Origin: Verrucomicrobiota bacterium | GTDB lineage: Bacteria > Verrucomicrobiota > Verrucomicrobiia > Limisphaerales > DSYF01 | DNA length: 64,000 nucleotides | Assembly: GCA_025457615.1 (NCBI GenBank) | Contig: JALOTZ010000003.1 | Coordinates: forward strand, 17,614-81,613 | Reading direction: 5' to 3' | In this document: piece after piece, positions 48,239-56,872 of the stretch | How the letters are laid out: every line of letters starts with the position of its first letter | Position numbering within the stretch: position 1 is the stretch's first letter | Notes under the pieces: model-generated | What the model was told of the DNA's origin: nothing | Seen by the model: the letters and a program-made list of their open reading frames with translations, nothing else | The model's database searches: none | Translations under genes and position numbers: made by a program

Positions 48239-50872
48239 CTATAAGTGGCTCGCCGAGGACACCCAATCATAGCCGCCGTCACCAAGCCCGACGGCCTTGA
48301 AATGGGCCTTGCCGCATTGGATTTTCTTCCGCTGAACTTCCGGGATCTTCAGCCAGTCGGTCGTGCCTTTGGTTTCGCGCACGAGATAGACTTTGTGCTG
48401 TCCGTCCGGCTCCTCGCGCACGATGGCCCAGTCTGGATTGTAGGTGCCCAGCGGCGTCTCCACCTTGAACCAGTCCGGCAGCTTGAAGAAGAGTTTGATG
48501 TCCGGCCGCGCGTCAAGGGCCTTGGCGAAGTCGTATTCCACCTTCGACTCGAACTCCACCACGTCATACAGCCCGTGCTGCACTTCGAGCAGGCGCGAAA
48601 CGTAGCTCTCCAGTTCCTCGCTTTCCAATCGATGCATTTCCCATTCGGCGTTGGCGATGCGCTCGTATTCGATGCCCTGCACCATGAGGTCGTGCAGGGT
48701 TTTCTGGACGGCGGCAACAGCGTGTTCCAGGAACTGCTGCGGATTACGCGTCACTTCGCCAAGCCGCTCGGACTTCCCCAAAATCTCCGCCAGCGTCGGA
48801 CGCGTGAGTTCCGTCTCGCGCTGAAGATGGCCAAGCAAATCCGGAATAGGCGCGGCGTATTCGGGTGCGCGGATGGTTTGGGCAGCGCGTTCCTCGCCGA
48901 ACACGCCTTGCTCCGCCGACAGGAAGACCTCGTGTTTCTCGCGACGGATGAACGGCGCCTTGATCTCCGGCATCCCGCGCAACTGCGCCGCCGACTGCGA
49001 CACCAAGTCCGCCGTGGCAAACTTCACCGCGTAGCGCGTCTTCTGCTTGATCTTGTCCCAGAGCGCCTGGAAGTCGGGATCGAGCAATCGCTGCTTCTTC
49101 AGCACGCCCTTGCGCCGCTCGCGCTTGTTCAGGATGCGGCCCGCGAAGTCCACGCCGCACTCCTTCTGCATCTCGTCCTGCAACCGCTGGGCAAACTCCT
49201 GGAAGCTCTCGCTCGCCACCACCGTGAGCTTGTTGATCAACGGATCGAAACAGCGCTCGCCGTTCTCGCGCACCGGCAGGCGCAGGCCGCGCCCGATGGT
49301 CTGCCGCCGCTCGCGTTCGGTGCTGATCTCGCGCAGCGTGCAAATCTGGAACACGTTCGGATTGTCCCAGCCCTCGCGCAGCGCCGAGTGGCTGAAGATG
49401 AAGCGCAGCGGCTCGGCCATCGAAAGCAGCCGCTCCTTGTCCCGCATGATGAGGTTGTACGCCTCATCATCCGCCTTGGTGGAACGGCCCTCGGCGCTGT
49501 CCTTGGGCTTGCCTTTGTCCACGGCGAAATAGCCGTTGTGGACTTTCCCGACGGGCAGCGGATTCAGTGGCGCGTACCGGGGCAACTGGGCAAGCTCCTG
49601 ATACAACTCCACAAACCACCGCCGGAATTTCCCGTCCGCCTCCGCGTAATGCGCCACGCGGTCCACGAAGAACAGCGACAGCACCTTCATCCTCTGCTCT
49701 CGCGGCAACTGCGCGATGCGCAACTCCTTCTCCAAATGCTCGCGAATCGTTTCCCGCACCTGAATCTTCAACACCTCGTCCGTCCGCCCGCCGTGCGTCA
49801 CGCCTGCCGCCAGATTCACGCCGTTCTTGAACTGGAGGTATTGGTTGCCCGCGTCAATCAGGTCCACCTCGTAGCCGCGATAGCTCTCGCGCCCGCCGGA
49901 GAGCGCGAACAAATCGCTCTCCTGCGTCACCGTCACGGTCTTGCGCTTCACGCCGCTGGCAGCCTCGACATCCACTTCCAGCTTGGCCGCGATGCGCGTC
50001 TTGGTGGCGGTGATGGCTTTGACCGCGATGTAGGGCCGGTTGAAATCGCCGCCGTCCACCACGGAATCCACCTCGATGCGTTTCACCAGCCGCAGGTCGT
50101 AGGCTTTCACCGGGTCGAGCCGATAGACCAGGTTGAAGTAATCCTTGTGCGTGGCCGAGTAGCGCAGCGTGCACAGCGGGTTCAGGCTTTCGATGGCCTT
50201 CGTGCGCAGTTCCGTCGCCAGGTTCTGCGGCTCGTCCACCACCACCACGGGCCGCGCGTGCTGGATGAACTCGATGGGCCGCCGCCCGTTCATCTGGTCC
50301 TTGGTGTTCTGGATGACGGTGCTGCTTTTGTCGAATGCCTGAATGTTCATCACCATCAACTGCATCTGGTTGCTGGCCGAGAACTGCCGCAGCTTCGACA
50401 CCTGGGCCGAGTCATAGACCCAGTAGTCCAGCGGCGCGTTCCCGTAGAGCGATTGGAAATGCTCCTTCGTCAACTCAATCGCGTTCAGCACGCCCTCGCG
50501 AATCGCCACGCTGGGCACGACGATGATGAACTTCTTCCAGCCGTAGCGCGCGTCCAGCTCGAACAAGGTGCGCAGATAAACGTAGGTCTTGCCCGTGCCC
50601 GTCTCCATCTCCACCGAGAAATTCATGCCCTGCAATTCCGTCACCGGCTCCAGCCCGTTCTCCGCCTGGACGCGACGGACGTTGCGCAACACCGCTTCCT
50701 CGCCCAGCGACAGCGAATTGCCCACACCCATTTCCGTGAGCAACTCGCCGCCCAGCGCGTCGCTCTGCCATTGCAGCGAGGCGCCCGTGAGCGGCTGGCC
50801 GGCGAACACCTCCACCACCGCGCGGAGGGCGTCCAACTGGAAATCCTGGTGGCTGTCGAATTTGATTTTCAT
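48239..50872 (-). CDS. res: Type III restriction enzyme, Res subunit
   Basis: 877 aa from MKIKFDSHQDFQLDAL. It has helicase motif I (TGTGKT), a DEAH-like VVVDEPQN, and a C-terminal PD-(D/E)xK-like nuclease motif (YNPDWAIV ... LVRETKG). It lies downstream of mod. Confidence 0.9.
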   Translation of the reverse strand: MKIKFDSHQDFQLDALRAVVEVFAGQPLTGASLQWQSDALGGELLTEMGVGNSLSLGEEAVLRNVRRVQAENGLEPVTELQGMNFSVEMETGTGKTYVYLRTLFELDARYGWKKFIIVVPSVAIREGVLNAIELTKEHFQSLYGNAPLDYWVYDSAQVSKLRQFSASNQMQLMVMNIQAFDKSSTVIQNTKDQMNGRRPIEFIQHARPVVVVDEPQNLATELRTKAIESLNPLCTLRYSATHKDYFNLVYRLDPVKAYDLRLVKRIEVDSVVDGGDFNRPYIAVKAITATKTRIAAKLEVDVEAASGVKRKTVTVTQESDLFALSGGRESYRGYEVDLIDAGNQYLQFKNGVNLAAGVTHGGRTDEVLKIQVRETIREHLEKELRIAQLPREQRMKVLSLFFVDRVAHYAEADGKFRRWFVELYQELAQLPRYAPLNPLPVGKVHNGYFAVDKGKPKDSAEGRSTKADDEAYNLIMRDKERLLSMAEPLRFIFSHSALREGWDNPNVFQICTLREISTERERRQTIGRGLRLPVRENGERCFDPLINKLTVVASESFQEFAQRLQDEMQKECGVDFAGRILNKRERRKGVLKKQRLLDPDFQALWDKIKQKTRYAVKFATADLVSQSAAQLRGMPEIKAPFIRREKHEVFLSAEQGVFGEERAAQTIRAPEYAAPIPDLLGHLQRETELTRPTLAEILGKSERLGEVTRNPQQFLEHAVAAVQKTLHDLMVQGIEYERIANAEWEMHRLESEELESYVSRLLEVQHGLYDVVEFESKVEYDFAKALDARPDIKLFFKLPDWFKVETPLGTYNPDWAIVREEPDGQHKVYLVRETKGTTDWLKIPEVQRKKIQCGKAHFKAVGLGDGGYDWVSSASHL

Positions 50873-50930
50873 GGCCCTGCGACCAAAGGGCAGGTCAAAC
50901 AAGCACACGCCTCGATAGCGGTCCGCGAGG

Positions 50931-51010
50931 TTTTGGACTGCGGCAGTCCTCTGCCGCTTTCGGATGATTCGCCACGCTCAAAAGCGCCAGAGGACTGGCG
51001 CACTCCAAGA
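50931..51010. repeat. palindromic repeat family A, copy 1 (mod-res intergenic)
   Basis: The arms are ttttggactgcggcagtcctctgccgctttc and aaagcgccagaggactggcgcactccaaga. Each arm carries its own 7-bp hairpin. A second copy is at 52804-52890. Confidence 0.7.
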
Positions 51011-51026
51011 CGCTGCCGCGCCATTT

Positions 51027-53192
51027 TCATGCCGTGTGGAATTCTATCCCGTGCGACTTCATCTCCAGCACCGTGTTGGCCTTGAGCTGGTCGTTGCCGG
51101 CGAAGGCGATGTCGAGGCAGATCACGCTTTTGGGCTGGCGCGCGACGAGGCCGCGCAACGTCTCCTGCGTGACGGGCCGCTCCAGGCAAATCGCCAGCGT
51201 GCCGTCGGCCACGTCGTAAAACGTCTGCCCGCCGATCTGGCCCGCGGTGACTTTGCTGGTGAGCGGGAGATTGCTCTTGAGGATCAATTCGTAAAGCAGC
51301 GCCTCGTCCGGGCGGTTTTCCACGACGTTGTGGGCCATGAGGGACAGTTGCTCGGCCAGGCCGGCGGCGTCTTTGGGTGCGGACGCGGCGTCCCACACCT
51401 TGAAATTGCTGCTGGCGAGTTTGAAGACTTTGAAACCCAGATCGGGATTTGACCGCAGAGAACGCAAAGAGCGCAGAGACTCCGCATCCTCCAAAGGCAG
51501 CTCGCTGGCCGATTTCTTTGCGCTCTCTGCGCTCTTTGCGGTTGATTCGGCTTCCAGCTTCTTGATCACGCGGCGGACGCGCTCTTTGGTGATGTCCGCG
51601 ATGGTGGGGAAATCCGGGCGCTCCGTCGGTTCGGGCAACTGGACGAGGATGAACCGGCGGTGGCCGCCGTCCTGCGCGTTCAACTCCAACACCGCCTGCG
51701 CCGTCGTGCCGCTGCCGGCGAAGAAGTCGAGGATGAGGTCGTCATCTCGAACCAGGAAATCAAACAACTGCTTCAGGAGAACCGAGGGTTTCGGGTTCGG
51801 GAATAGTTTCTGAACGTCGAATAGATCAAGCAGTTCATTCGCGCCAGTGCGGCTGTCCAAATGAATGACGCTGGATAGTTTTCCTTCGTAGCTCTCAAGG
51901 TATTCCTTGATTTGAATGATCTGCGTTTCGTCGTCGCCAAAGATGATCCGCTTGTCGGCAAGCAGGCTGTCCATCGTGGTTTTTGGAAAGCGGTATCCAT
52001 TCACCGGCGGCACGCATGGCTTCTTGATTGTGGGGTGGATTACGTCGTAAAAATACCCGCCGGGCTTCGGATTGTGAACCTTCCTGCTGCCAGTATAGAC
52101 ACCACGTTCATCAACGCGGTCGTAGTGGGTGATGCCATTGAGCACTTCGCGGTTTGATTTGATGAAAGCTCGGATTGCCTGCTGGATCGATTCGGGCGCA
52201 GCAGCGAATTGCGCTTTGAGTCTGCCGTATTCTCGCAGCAAGATTGTTTTGGCGTCGTCAGTTCTGTTCTTCCAAACCGGCTGATTGGCTTTGTCCCGGC
52301 AGTAGCAAAGAACGTATTCATGCTCGACTGCAACTTGGGTCGGGTTGTTGTCTGTCGCGCCTTTCCAAACGACGACTCCAACAAAATTCTCCTCCCCGAA
52401 AATCTCATTCATCACCGCGCGCAGGTTGTGAACTTCATGGTCGTCAATGCTCACGAAGATCACGCCGTCCTCGCGCAGGAGGTTCCGCGCCAGGAACAGC
52501 CGGGGATACATCATCGTCAGCCATTTGCTGTGGTAGCGCCCGTCGGTCTCGGCGTTGGTCGTGAGCCGGATGCCCTCGCCGCTGACCTGGCCGGAGAATT
52601 TCAGGTAGTCGGCCAGCCCTTCCTTGTAGTTGTCCGGGTAGATGAACTCGTTGCCGGTGTTGTAGGGCGGGTCGATGTAGATCATCTTCACGCGCCCGTG
52701 GTAGCCGCCTTGCAGGAGCTTGAGCACCTCCAGATTGTCGCCCTCGATGATGAGGTTTTCGGAGGTGTTGAGAGGCGAGAAGGTTTCGAAGGTCGCGCCA
52801 GCGTTTTGGACTGCGCCAGTCCCCTGGCGCTTTGGGGACGCTGCATCCGCTTCTGGTGAGAAAGCGGCAGAGGACTGCCGCACTCCAAAACCTTGCGGTG
52901 AGTTGGGGGCGCCGGCAAACGGCCGCGCCGGCCACGACTCCTCAGGACACGGCAGCAGCGTGCCGGGACTGGTGATCTGGATGGCGCGGAGGGCGTCGGA
53001 CTTGCCCGCCCACGAAAGCCCGTAGCGCTCCGGCGCATCCGTGGCGGCGTCGGCCAGCAGTTGCGCCAGCTTCTGGAGGTCGGCTTTCCCCTCGGTGAAG
53101 GCTTCGGGAAAGAGTGCGCGGAATTGCGCCAGCCGCTCCGCGTGAACGTCGCGCGAAGTCAGCGGCAGTTTGAGGTCGTCGCCCGTGGCCAT
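51027..53192 (-). CDS. mod: Type III DNA methyltransferase, Mod subunit (N6/N4 beta-class), intact ORF carrying two repeat-derived inserts
   Basis: 721 aa from MATGDDLKLPL. It has motif IV IYIDPPYN, then a central variable region, then motif I DFFAGSGTTAQAV. The N-terminal ERYGLSWAGK and IIEGDNLEVLKLL are typical of Type III Mod proteins. Confidence 0.9.
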   Translation of the reverse strand: MATGDDLKLPLTSRDVHAERLAQFRALFPEAFTEGKADLQKLAQLLADAATDAPERYGLSWAGKSDALRAIQITSPGTLLPCPEESWPARPFAGAPNSPQGFGVRQSSAAFSPEADAASPKRQGTGAVQNAGATFETFSPLNTSENLIIEGDNLEVLKLLQGGYHGRVKMIYIDPPYNTGNEFIYPDNYKEGLADYLKFSGQVSGEGIRLTTNAETDGRYHSKWLTMMYPRLFLARNLLREDGVIFVSIDDHEVHNLRAVMNEIFGEENFVGVVVWKGATDNNPTQVAVEHEYVLCYCRDKANQPVWKNRTDDAKTILLREYGRLKAQFAAAPESIQQAIRAFIKSNREVLNGITHYDRVDERGVYTGSRKVHNPKPGGYFYDVIHPTIKKPCVPPVNGYRFPKTTMDSLLADKRIIFGDDETQIIQIKEYLESYEGKLSSVIHLDSRTGANELLDLFDVQKLFPNPKPSVLLKQLFDFLVRDDDLILDFFAGSGTTAQAVLELNAQDGGHRRFILVQLPEPTERPDFPTIADITKERVRRVIKKLEAESTAKSAESAKKSASELPLEDAESLRSLRSLRSNPDLGFKVFKLASSNFKVWDAASAPKDAAGLAEQLSLMAHNVVENRPDEALLYELILKSNLPLTSKVTAGQIGGQTFYDVADGTLAICLERPVTQETLRGLVARQPKSVICLDIAFAGNDQLKANTVLEMKSHGIEFHTA
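51453..51541. repeat. palindromic repeat family B, copy inside the mod coding sequence
   Basis: The arms ccgcagagaacgcaaagagcgcagag and ctttgcgctctctgcgctctttgcgg are inverted. They are translated in frame as ...STAKSAESAKKSASELPLEDAESLRSLRSLRS.... This copy is related to 56362-56484 and 56574-56696. Confidence 0.6.
52804..52890. repeat. palindromic repeat family A, copy 2, inside the mod coding sequence
   Basis: The arms are ttttggactgcgccagtcccctggcgcttt and gaaagcggcagaggactgccgcactccaaaa. The copy is 87 nt (29 codons) and is translated as part of GFGVRQSSAAFSPEADAASPKRQGTGAVQNA, between the conserved PEESW and ENLIIEGDN blocks. Confidence 0.7.
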
Positions 53193-53234
53193 GATGTGGA
53201 AGGTGCCCGCGCCACTGCCAACCACGGGAAATCT

Positions 53235-53266
53235 CCAAAAGAAGGGGCGCGAACTCAACGCGCCCT
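53235..53266 (-). terminator. Rho-independent terminator-like hairpin in the mod 5' leader region
   Basis: On the minus strand, gggcgcg-ttgagtt-cgcgccc forms a 7-8 bp stem followed by TTCTTTTGG. It ends about 43 nt upstream of the mod ATG. Confidence 0.6.
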
Positions 53267-53528
53267 GCACCGAGGCACCGCGAAGCGCCTGTTACACGAG
53301 ACGCGCCAAGCCGCGCCCGATGGGGCGCTGGCTCGGTCGGTTCGTGTAACGGGCTTGGAAAATTCGCGGTTTTCGGTGCAGCCCGTAGCCGAAGCTACGC
53401 AAAGTCAAAATGTGTTGTTGCCGTTATGTCATTCGTCGTTGTCCGACGGGCGGAGGGTAAAGCAGACATGGCGCGGCGGGCAAAGGCTTTTCCGGCTTTC
53501 GTTCGCGGCGCGTGCAGCCCAGCCCGGT

Positions 53529-53603
53529 GTGGGCGGATGCAACATTGCGCCCGAGTATGACGGCGATGGCCTCACGACGGGATGGCGCGATGGTGGGGTG
53601 CAC
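53529..53603 (+). pseudogene. orphan 75-nt fragment homologous to the cardiolipin synthase gene
   Basis: VGGCNIAPEYDGDGLTTGWRDGGVH compares with cls residues 135-159, VGGCNIAPEYCGDGVTSGWRDGGVG (nt 55457-55531). By hand count about 20 of 25 aa and about 85 percent of nt are identical. Similarity is lost on both sides. Confidence 0.6.
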
Positions 53604-53623
53604 AATCGCTTTGCAGGATCCGG

Positions 53624-54925
53624 TCACCGCTTGTCCGGCTCCATCGTCACCAGCACCTTGTCGATGCGCTGATGGTCCATGTCAATAACCTCGAACTGGA
53701 GATGCCGCCAGACCACGCACGCGCCCTCGGCCGGCGGCGCCGCCAGTCCGTCCGTCACAAAGGCGGCGAGCGAACGGCCGCGGGCGGCCTCGGCCAGCTC
53801 CACACTGTTCAGGAGCAGCGCGAGCTTCGCCAGCTCGAAGCTCCCATCCACCAGCCACGTCCCGTCCTCGCGCCGTCGCGCCTCGGGTTGCAGCCGGTCT
53901 TCCTGGGATGGGATTTCACCCACGATGGCCTCGAGCACGTCCACCAGCGTCACCAACCCCACCACCCCACCGGCCTCATCCGTGACGATCGCCACGTGAT
54001 GACGGGTCTTCTTGAAGGCATCCAACAACTGCGTGACGGTCCGCGTGGCGGGCACGAGGAGCGGGGGCGTCATCAGGTCGGCAATCCGCGCCCCCGCCCC
54101 GGCCGCCAGGTTGGCGTAAATGGATTTCACGGACAGCACCCCGACCACCCGGTCGCGGCTGCCGTCGCACACGGGGAAAGTGGAATGGCCGGACACCACG
54201 ATCTTATGCCAGACAGCCTCGTGCGAATCCGTCCGGTTCACGAATACCAGCTTGGCGCGGGGCGTCATGATGTCGCGCACGGGCCGGCGATCGAACGCGA
54301 GCACCGACTCGACCATCCTCGGCTCCGCTTCGTGGAACACGCCGGCCTCGGTGCCTTCCTCGACCAGCAGCTTCACCTCCTCCTCGGAAATGGGAGCGGG
54401 CTTCTCGGCGGACCGGCCGAGCAGGCGCATCAACCCCTCGGTGGAAAGGCCCAGCAGGTAGATCGCCGGACGGGTCAAACGGCTGAGGAAGTCCATCGGC
54501 CGCGCCAGCCGACGCGCAATGCCCTCGGGATTCTCGAGGGCGAGGCGCTTGGGAACCAGTTCGCCCAGGACGAGGGAGAAGTAGGTCAAGACCACCACGA
54601 CCACCACCACCCCGATCGCCTCGGCGTAGGGCTCCACAAGGGCAAACGGCTGCAACGCCGCCGCGATCTGCTCCGCCACCGTGATGCCGCCAAACGTGCC
54701 GGCCAGCAGGCCCACCAGCGTGATCCCGATCTGCACGGTCGGCAGGAAGCGGTTGGGATTGTTGGCCAGTTCGAGCGCCGCCAGCGCGCCGGCGTCGCCG
54801 CCGTCCGCCAGTTGCTTGAGCCGGGTCTTGCGCGAGGACACCACCGCCAGCTCGGCCATGGCAAAGACGCCATTGCCCAGCAGCAGGACCAGCAGGAGCA
54901 CAATTTCAAGGATGAACGCATTCAT
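53624..54925 (-). CDS. TlyC/CorC-family (DUF21-CBS-CorC_HlyC) membrane protein
   Basis: 433 aa. It has an N-terminal DUF21 with 4 helices, a tandem CBS region, and a C-terminal transporter-associated domain (VDGSFELAKLALLLN). Confidence 0.9.
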   Translation of the reverse strand: MNAFILEIVLLLVLLLGNGVFAMAELAVVSSRKTRLKQLADGGDAGALAALELANNPNRFLPTVQIGITLVGLLAGTFGGITVAEQIAAALQPFALVEPYAEAIGVVVVVVVLTYFSLVLGELVPKRLALENPEGIARRLARPMDFLSRLTRPAIYLLGLSTEGLMRLLGRSAEKPAPISEEEVKLLVEEGTEAGVFHEAEPRMVESVLAFDRRPVRDIMTPRAKLVFVNRTDSHEAVWHKIVVSGHSTFPVCDGSRDRVVGVLSVKSIYANLAAGAGARIADLMTPPLLVPATRTVTQLLDAFKKTRHHVAIVTDEAGGVVGLVTLVDVLEAIVGEIPSQEDRLQPEARRREDGTWLVDGSFELAKLALLLNSVELAEAARGRSLAAFVTDGLAAPPAEGACVVWRHLQFEVIDMDHQRIDKVLVTMEPDKR

Positions 54926-55054
54926 GTTCGGTGGCGCGAACAGGCGAGCCGTTCGTCCGCAGGACCGCCTTCCCGCGCGGCAACGATACCTTGGCGGGCG
55001 GTGCGGTCAAATCGGTTGCGTCGCGGTTCTCGTTGACCTCACAATCCAGCCGTT

Positions 55055-56305
55055 ATGGGCGACGTCAACCGCAGCGCCGTGCCGGGACCGGCGTCGGCGC
55101 CGGCTGCCGGTGCGGGCGCGCACCGCTTCACCTGGCACGGCACGGGGCAAAGCCTGCTGGAGGCCAAGCTGAAGGCCATCGCGCACGCGCGGTCGTCTGT
55201 CAGCATGGAAACCTTCACCTTCCGCGATTCGGACATCGGCCGGCAGTTTCGCGACGCCTTGACGGCCGCGGCGCGACGCGGGGTGCGCGTGCGGCTGCTG
55301 GTGGACGCGGCCGGCTCGTTCGCGTTGCCGCGAGACTATTTCGACGCGCTGACGGCAGCGGGCGGGGCGATGCGCTGGTTCAACGAACTGCGCCTGGCGT
55401 CGTTGTCCTTCCGGGACCACCGCAAATTGCTCATTGTGGACGACGCCGGGGCGTTTGTCGGCGGATGCAACATCGCGCCCGAGTATTGCGGTGACGGCGT
55501 CACGTCGGGCTGGCGCGATGGCGGTGTGGGGGTGCGGGGACCGGTGGCCGCCGAGCTGGCGGCGGAGTTCGAGCGGCAATGGGAGCGGGCGAGCGGGCAA
55601 CGCTGGCAGTTTCCACCCGGCGGCCTCAGCTTGCGGGTGCCGTTCGCCGCTGGACGCGAGGTCGAGGCATTGTTCATCAAACCCGGTTTCGGACGGAACG
55701 TGCTGCGCGAGGCATTGCGACGGGATCTGGCCTCGGCGAAGGACGTGGCGATCACCTCGGCGTATTTTCTCCCCTCGCACGGGCTGCGCCGCCAGCTCGG
55801 GCGGGCGGTGGCCCGCGGGACGCGGGTGCGGGTGCTGCTGGCAGGCCAAAGCGACGTGCCTCTGATGCAACTGGCCTCGCGGTCGCTCTACCGGCGCCTG
55901 CTCAACCGGGGCGTCGAACTCTGGGAATACCAGCCGCAGGTCCTGCATGCGAAGTTGATTGTGGTGGACGACATCTTGTTCGTCGGCTCGTCGAATCTCG
56001 ACCCGCGCAGCCTGCGGATCAACTTCGAGATCATGCTGCGGATCCAGGACGCCGCCTTGGCCGCGACGGCGCTCCGGCAGTTCGAGTCGGACCTTGCGGA
56101 GCGCGCCCTTCCCGTCACGCGTGCGATGGTGCGGCAGGACCGTTCGTGGTGGCGGCGGCTCCAACAGCGTCTGGCCTACTGGGTGTTTGCCCGGCTCGAC
56201 CCGGAACTGGCGGCGCTCAAGTTGCAGCTCTGGCAGAGGCGCAAGAACCGCCTCGTCCAACGCGTCCGCGGTGCGCGCCGCCCCCGGGGGGCGGGCCCCC
56301 GCTGA
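55055..56305 (+). CDS. phospholipase D-family cardiolipin synthase (ClsB-like, no TM segment)
   Basis: 416 aa with two HKD motifs (FRDHRKLLIVDD and LHAKLIVVDDILFVGSSNLD). Confidence 0.9.
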   Translation: MGDVNRSAVPGPASAPAAGAGAHRFTWHGTGQSLLEAKLKAIAHARSSVSMETFTFRDSDIGRQFRDALTAAARRGVRVRLLVDAAGSFALPRDYFDALTAAGGAMRWFNELRLASLSFRDHRKLLIVDDAGAFVGGCNIAPEYCGDGVTSGWRDGGVGVRGPVAAELAAEFERQWERASGQRWQFPPGGLSLRVPFAAGREVEALFIKPGFGRNVLREALRRDLASAKDVAITSAYFLPSHGLRRQLGRAVARGTRVRVLLAGQSDVPLMQLASRSLYRRLLNRGVELWEYQPQVLHAKLIVVDDILFVGSSNLDPRSLRINFEIMLRIQDAALAATALRQFESDLAERALPVTRAMVRQDRSWWRRLQQRLAYWVFARLDPELAALKLQLWQRRKNRLVQRVRGARRPRGAGPR

Positions 56306-56361
56306 TGGATACCCGGGCGCGGGTTCCCGCCCGGCAGGGCCGCGGCTCGGGGAAGACGCCA

Positions 56362-56484
56362 GACATGGGCTTCTTTCAACGCAAGGGCGCAAAGGCGCAG
56401 AGGCGCAAGCAGATGAAGGAGAAGCCCGCTGCCGCGAAGCCCCCGCCTTCTCTGGGCCTTCGCGTCTCTGCGTCCTGGCGTTGA
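56362..56484. repeat. palindromic repeat family B, tandem copy 1 (123 nt)
   Basis: The copy is gacatgggcttctttcaacgcaagggcgcaaaggcgcagaggcgcaag ... cttcgcgtctctgcgtcctggcgttga. It is about 93 percent identical to 56574-56696 and sits 212 nt upstream of it. Confidence 0.8.
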
Positions 56485-56573
56485 AACCCCGTTCTCGGGC
56501 GCATGAAGGTCAGGGTGGGCAACCGAGGATGCGCGACATCACCGGCGAACGCTTGGCTTTGGTGAGCTTGTCA

Positions 56574-56696
56574 GACATGGGCTTCGTTCAACGCAAGGGC
56601 GCAAGGGCGCAGAGGCGCAAGCAGATGAAAGAGAAGCCCGCTGCCGCGAAGCCCCCGCCCTCTCTGCGCCTTCGCGTCTCTGCGGCTTTGCGTTGA
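56574..56696. repeat. palindromic repeat family B, tandem copy 2 (123 nt)
   Basis: This is a direct repeat of 56362-56484. A further partial 3' end (ccctctctggctttgcgttcga) lies near 56908-56935. Confidence 0.8.
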
Positions 56697-56701
56697 GTCC
56701 C

Positions 56702-56872
56702 TCACATCTCCACCACCTCCACCGTGTCGTAAAGCGCCCCGGTCTCCTCCGCATCGCCGACGACGCTGAGCGCGATGGCAACAGTCTGCCACGGATCGCA
56801 AGCATCCTCACCCGAATGCCACCGGCAGATGACCGTGAACGGATTCAGTCCGGCCGGTTTGCTGTTGGCCAT
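56702..56872 (-). CDS. hypothetical small protein (56 aa)
   Basis: The ORF is MANSKPAGLNPFTVICRWHSGEDACDPWQTVAIALSVVGDAEETGALYDTVEVVEM. Third-position GC is high (about 80 percent by hand count), as in the real genes here. There is no obvious Shine-Dalgarno sequence and no recognised family. It is divergent from the HNH remnant. Confidence 0.3.
   Translation of the reverse strand: MANSKPAGLNPFTVICRWHSGEDACDPWQTVAIALSVVGDAEETGALYDTVEVVEM

Noticed and set aside
56365-56696. Two conserved 39-codon ATG-initiated ORFs (MGF-F/V-QRKGA-K/R-AQRRKQMKEKPAAAKPPPSL...) inside the tandem 123-nt repeats. They could be small basic peptides.
   Set aside because: The sequence is a palindromic repeat that also occurs within mod in a different reading context. 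The differences between copies include radical replacements (Gly to Arg, SerTrp to AlaLeu) as often as silent ones. There is no ribosome-binding site. They are most likely repeat-generated ORFs.
56362-56696. A possible CRISPR-like array.
   Set aside because: There are only two full repeats. They are 123 nt long, far longer than CRISPR repeats, and internally palindromic. There are no cas genes and no regular spacer pattern.
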